Source: Microcoleus sp. (GTDB lineage Bacteria > Cyanobacteriota > Cyanobacteriia > Cyanobacteriales > Microcoleaceae). Taken from it: a stretch of 64,000 nt of DNA. The position numbers and the translations under genes were made by a program. The notes below the pieces were generated by a model. The model saw nothing but the letters and a program-made list of their open reading frames with translations. It was not told the origin of the DNA and did not search any database. Shown here piece by piece: positions 60,302 through 64,000 of this stretch. The first letter of the stretch is position 1. Every line of letters starts with the position of its first letter. The stretch is taken from the NCBI GenBank assembly GCA_042408215.1, contig JAYFMW010000003.1, forward strand, positions 1 through 64,000. The letters run 5' to 3'.

Positions 60302-60938
60302 GGGCATTGGGCATTGGGCATTGGGCATTGGGAATTGGGCATGGGCATCGGGCATTGGGCATTGGGCATCGGGCATGGGTTATTGGTAACTGGTTATTCG
60401 TTATTGGTAGCCCCTCACCAATAACAAATAACTAATGACTAATGACTTCTTCCCTCTTCCTTCTTCCTTCTTCCTTCTTCCTTCTTCCTCTACTAAGATA
60501 CTTAAGGCAAATATTCCCGATACTTCGACTACGCTCAGCACAAGTAACTTCACTACAGTTTCCCCAGGTTTTGTAGGAGAAATTCAAGAAAACGGCTGCA
60601 TAATTTTTCAAGGTGGAAAGGATGGCATCGGGCATCGGGCATCGGGCATCGGGGATCGGGTATTGGACATTGGGCATTGGGCATTGGGCATTGGGCATTG
60701 GGCATGGGTCATCGGTAATTGTTTGTAACTGTTAATAACTCCTTCCTTCTTCCTTCTTCCTTCTTCCTTCTTCCTTCTTCCTTCTATCCGTTACATCCGT
60801 TAAATCGGTTACAGAATCCGTTGCCGAACTTCCTTCTTCCTTCTTCCTTCTTCCTTCTTCCTTCTATCCGTTACATCCGTTAAATCGGTTACAGAATCCG
60901 TTGCCGAACTTCCTTCTTCCTTCTTCCTTCTTCCTTCC
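60302..60938. repeat. Mosaic of STRR tracts and dispersed repeats in the rpoB-rpoC1 spacer
   Basis: (GGGCATT)n, (TTCCTTC)n, and a duplicated ~78-bp unit with ATCCGTTGCCGAACTTCC. Confidence 0.9.
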
Positions 60939-61181
60939 TGTGACAATCCCAGTTGTATTAATCCAGAACACCTTTGGGCTGGTACTCGTTCTCAAAACTT
61001 ATTAGATGCTTCTAAGAAAGGACGCACTCAAGGCAAAAGTCATCCCCTTTCCAAGACCAAATTAGATTGGGGAAAAGTTCGAGAAATTCGGAAAAAACTA
61101 GCAGCAGGAGAGAGTGTGAAGGATCTAGCTCAGGAATACAGTGTGGGTCGCAAAACCATACAGGATACAATTACGAATTAA
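60492..61181 (+). pseudogene. Fragmented phage-type HNH homing endonuclease
   Basis: 60939-61181 reads CDNPSCINPEHLWAGTRSQNLLDASKKGR..KLDWGKVREIR..DLAQEYSVGRKTI*. The upstream piece reads ENGCIIFQGGKDG. Confidence 0.75.
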
Positions 61182-61226
61182 AAAGTAATTCCCTTAAGCG
61201 ACAGTAAATCATCAATTGGAGTCACA

Positions 61227-63101
61227 ATGGCTAAAGTAGAACAACGCTTTGATTACGTGAAGATAGGGTTAGCTTCACCAGAAAGAATTCGACAGTGGGG
61301 AGAGAGAACTTTACCCAATGGTCAGATTACTGGAGAAGTGACAAAACCGGAGACAATCAACTACAGAACATTAAAACCAGAGATGGATGGCTTGTTTTGC
61401 GAGCGCATTTTTGGACCTGCAAAAGATTGGGAATGTCATTGTGGTAAGTACAAAAGAGTTCGTCATAGAGGCATTGTTTGCGAAAGATGCGGTGTTGAAG
61501 TTACTGAATCTCGCGTCCGTCGCCACCGCATGGGATTCATCAAACTAGCAGCTCCCGTAGCTCACGTTTGGTATCTCAAAGGCATCCCCAGTTACATGGC
61601 AATTCTCTTGGATATGCCTCTGCGAGATGTGGAACAAATTGTTTATTTCAATGCCTATGTTGTCCTGAATGCAGGTAATGCCGACAAGCTGCAATATAAG
61701 CAGTTGCTAACGGAAGATGCTTGGCTGGAAATAGAGGATGAACTCTACAGCGAAGATTCCACACTCACAGGCGTAGAAGTCGGCATAGGTGCAGAGGCTT
61801 TGCAAGTTTTGTTGCAAAATATTCCACTGGAATCGGAAGCGGAAAAGTTGCGGGAAGATATTGCGAATGCCAAAGGTCAAAAACGCGCCAAGTTAATTAA
61901 ACGCTTGCGAGTAATTGATAACTTTATTGCTACTGGTTCCCAACCGGACTGGATGGTGTTGTCGGTGATTCCGGTGATTCCTCCAGATTTGCGACCGATG
62001 GTGCAGCTAGATGGCGGGCGTTTTGCGACGTCTGACCTGAATGACCTTTATCGCCGGGTGATTAACCGCAATAACCGATTGGCGAGACTGCAAGAAATTC
62101 TGGCGCCGGAAATCATTATTCGTAATGAAAAACGGATGTTGCAGGAAGCGGTGGATGCGCTGATTGATAATGGACGGCGAGGCCGAACGGTGGTGGGTGC
62201 AAACAATCGCCCTCTGAAGTCGCTGTCGGACATTATTGAGGGGAAACAAGGGCGCTTCCGACAAAACTTGTTGGGTAAACGGGTTGATTATTCGGGACGT
62301 TCGGTGATTGTTGTCGGACCGAAACTGAAAATTCATCAGTGCGGTTTGCCGAGAGAAATGGCGATCGAACTTTTCCAGCCTTTTGTGATTCATCGCCTCA
62401 TCCGTCAGGGGTTGGTGAATAATATCAAAGCTGCGAAAAAGATGATTCAGCGCAACGATCCGGGGGTTTGGGAGGTGCTCCAAGAAGTGATTGAGGGGCA
62501 TCCTGTGATGCTGAACCGTGCCCCCACTCTTCACCGCTTGGGGATTCAGGCTTTTGAACCGATTTTGGTGGATGGGAGGGCGATTCAGCTTCACCCGCTA
62601 GTCTGTCCGGCTTTTAACGCTGACTTTGACGGTGACCAAATGGCGGTTCACGTTCCTTTGTCTTTGGAATCTCAGGCGGAAGCGCGGTTGCTGATGTTGG
62701 CTTCTAATAACATTATGTCGCCAGCAACGGGCAGACCGATTGTGACTCCTTCTCAGGACATGGTACTTGGTTGCTACTATTTGACGGCGGACAATCCTGA
62801 CGCTCAAAAAGGGGCTGGTCACTATTTCTCCAACCTTGATGATGCGGTTGTGGCTTACGAACAGGGGCTAGTTGATTTGCACTCTTATGTGTGGGTGCGC
62901 TTTCAAGGTGCAATGGAAGGTACGGAACCAGAAGGAGAACCGGTGAAGGTGGAAAAATCGGCTGACGGTATTGTCACGAAGGAATACAAATTCCGTCGCA
63001 TTCGAGAAGATAAGGATGGCAAATTGATTACTCAATTCATTCGCACGACTCCAGGCCGGATTATCTATCACCAAACGATTCAATCGGTAATTAATAATTA
63101 G
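61227..63101 (+). CDS. rpoC1: DNA-directed RNA polymerase subunit gamma
   Basis: KPETINYRT, Zn-finger CHCGKYK..CERC, catalytic NADFDGDQM; 624 aa. Confidence 0.99.
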   Translation: MAKVEQRFDYVKIGLASPERIRQWGERTLPNGQITGEVTKPETINYRTLKPEMDGLFCERIFGPAKDWECHCGKYKRVRHRGIVCERCGVEVTESRVRRHRMGFIKLAAPVAHVWYLKGIPSYMAILLDMPLRDVEQIVYFNAYVVLNAGNADKLQYKQLLTEDAWLEIEDELYSEDSTLTGVEVGIGAEALQVLLQNIPLESEAEKLREDIANAKGQKRAKLIKRLRVIDNFIATGSQPDWMVLSVIPVIPPDLRPMVQLDGGRFATSDLNDLYRRVINRNNRLARLQEILAPEIIIRNEKRMLQEAVDALIDNGRRGRTVVGANNRPLKSLSDIIEGKQGRFRQNLLGKRVDYSGRSVIVVGPKLKIHQCGLPREMAIELFQPFVIHRLIRQGLVNNIKAAKKMIQRNDPGVWEVLQEVIEGHPVMLNRAPTLHRLGIQAFEPILVDGRAIQLHPLVCPAFNADFDGDQMAVHVPLSLESQAEARLLMLASNNIMSPATGRPIVTPSQDMVLGCYYLTADNPDAQKGAGHYFSNLDDAVVAYEQGLVDLHSYVWVRFQGAMEGTEPEGEPVKVEKSADGIVTKEYKFRRIREDKDGKLITQFIRTTPGRIIYHQTIQSVINN

Positions 63102-63286
63102 GGAATTGGGAATTGGGAATTGGGAATTGGGAATTGGGAATCGGGAATTGGGAATGGCAATTACGAATTAAAAATTACGAATTACGAATTATTCACTCGT
63201 AATTAGTAAGTCGTAATTCGTAATTCCCTACTCGGAATTCGTAAGTCGTAATTCGTAATTCCCTACTCGGAATTCGTAAGTCGTAA

Positions 63287-64000
<714 letters not shown>

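Overview
A 64 kb chromosomal segment from a filamentous cyanobacterium. The split rpoB/rpoC1/rpoC2, chlP, cruA-type cyclase, dense HIP1 (GCGATCGC) and heptamer STRR tracts support this. An Oscillatoriales/Microcoleus-like origin is inferred. Contents, in order: a large minus-strand polysaccharide/glycosyltransferase cluster (3.6-19 kb, one member frameshifted); rplI-dnaB, with two LAGLIDADG inteins in dnaB; assorted housekeeping genes; a protease/TPR/Ser-Thr kinase group; a ~6 kb toxin-antitoxin island; usp-hisD; and rpsT-tatD-rpoB-rpoC1-rpoC2(partial). Most notable: (1) The TA/toxin modules at 45.5-51.5 kb are separated by a conserved imperfect hairpin made of two HIP1 sites, and one gene is truncated at a HIP1-like junction. 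This resembles an integrase-free cassette array and includes a stand-alone polymorphic-toxin-like toxin/immunity pair. (2) Nuclease-free OMEGA-type elements flank hisD: a HEARO/IscB omega-RNA mini-element, tandem IS605-type right ends, and an IS607-like element nested in one of those ends. (3) A phage-type HNH endonuclease relic lies between rpoB and rpoC1, broken up by repeats. (4) Nested MITE/REP elements, an 86-bp tandem palindrome array, and dispersed repeats that have entered coding sequence. All family calls are by motif recognition from the sequence. No database searches were run.
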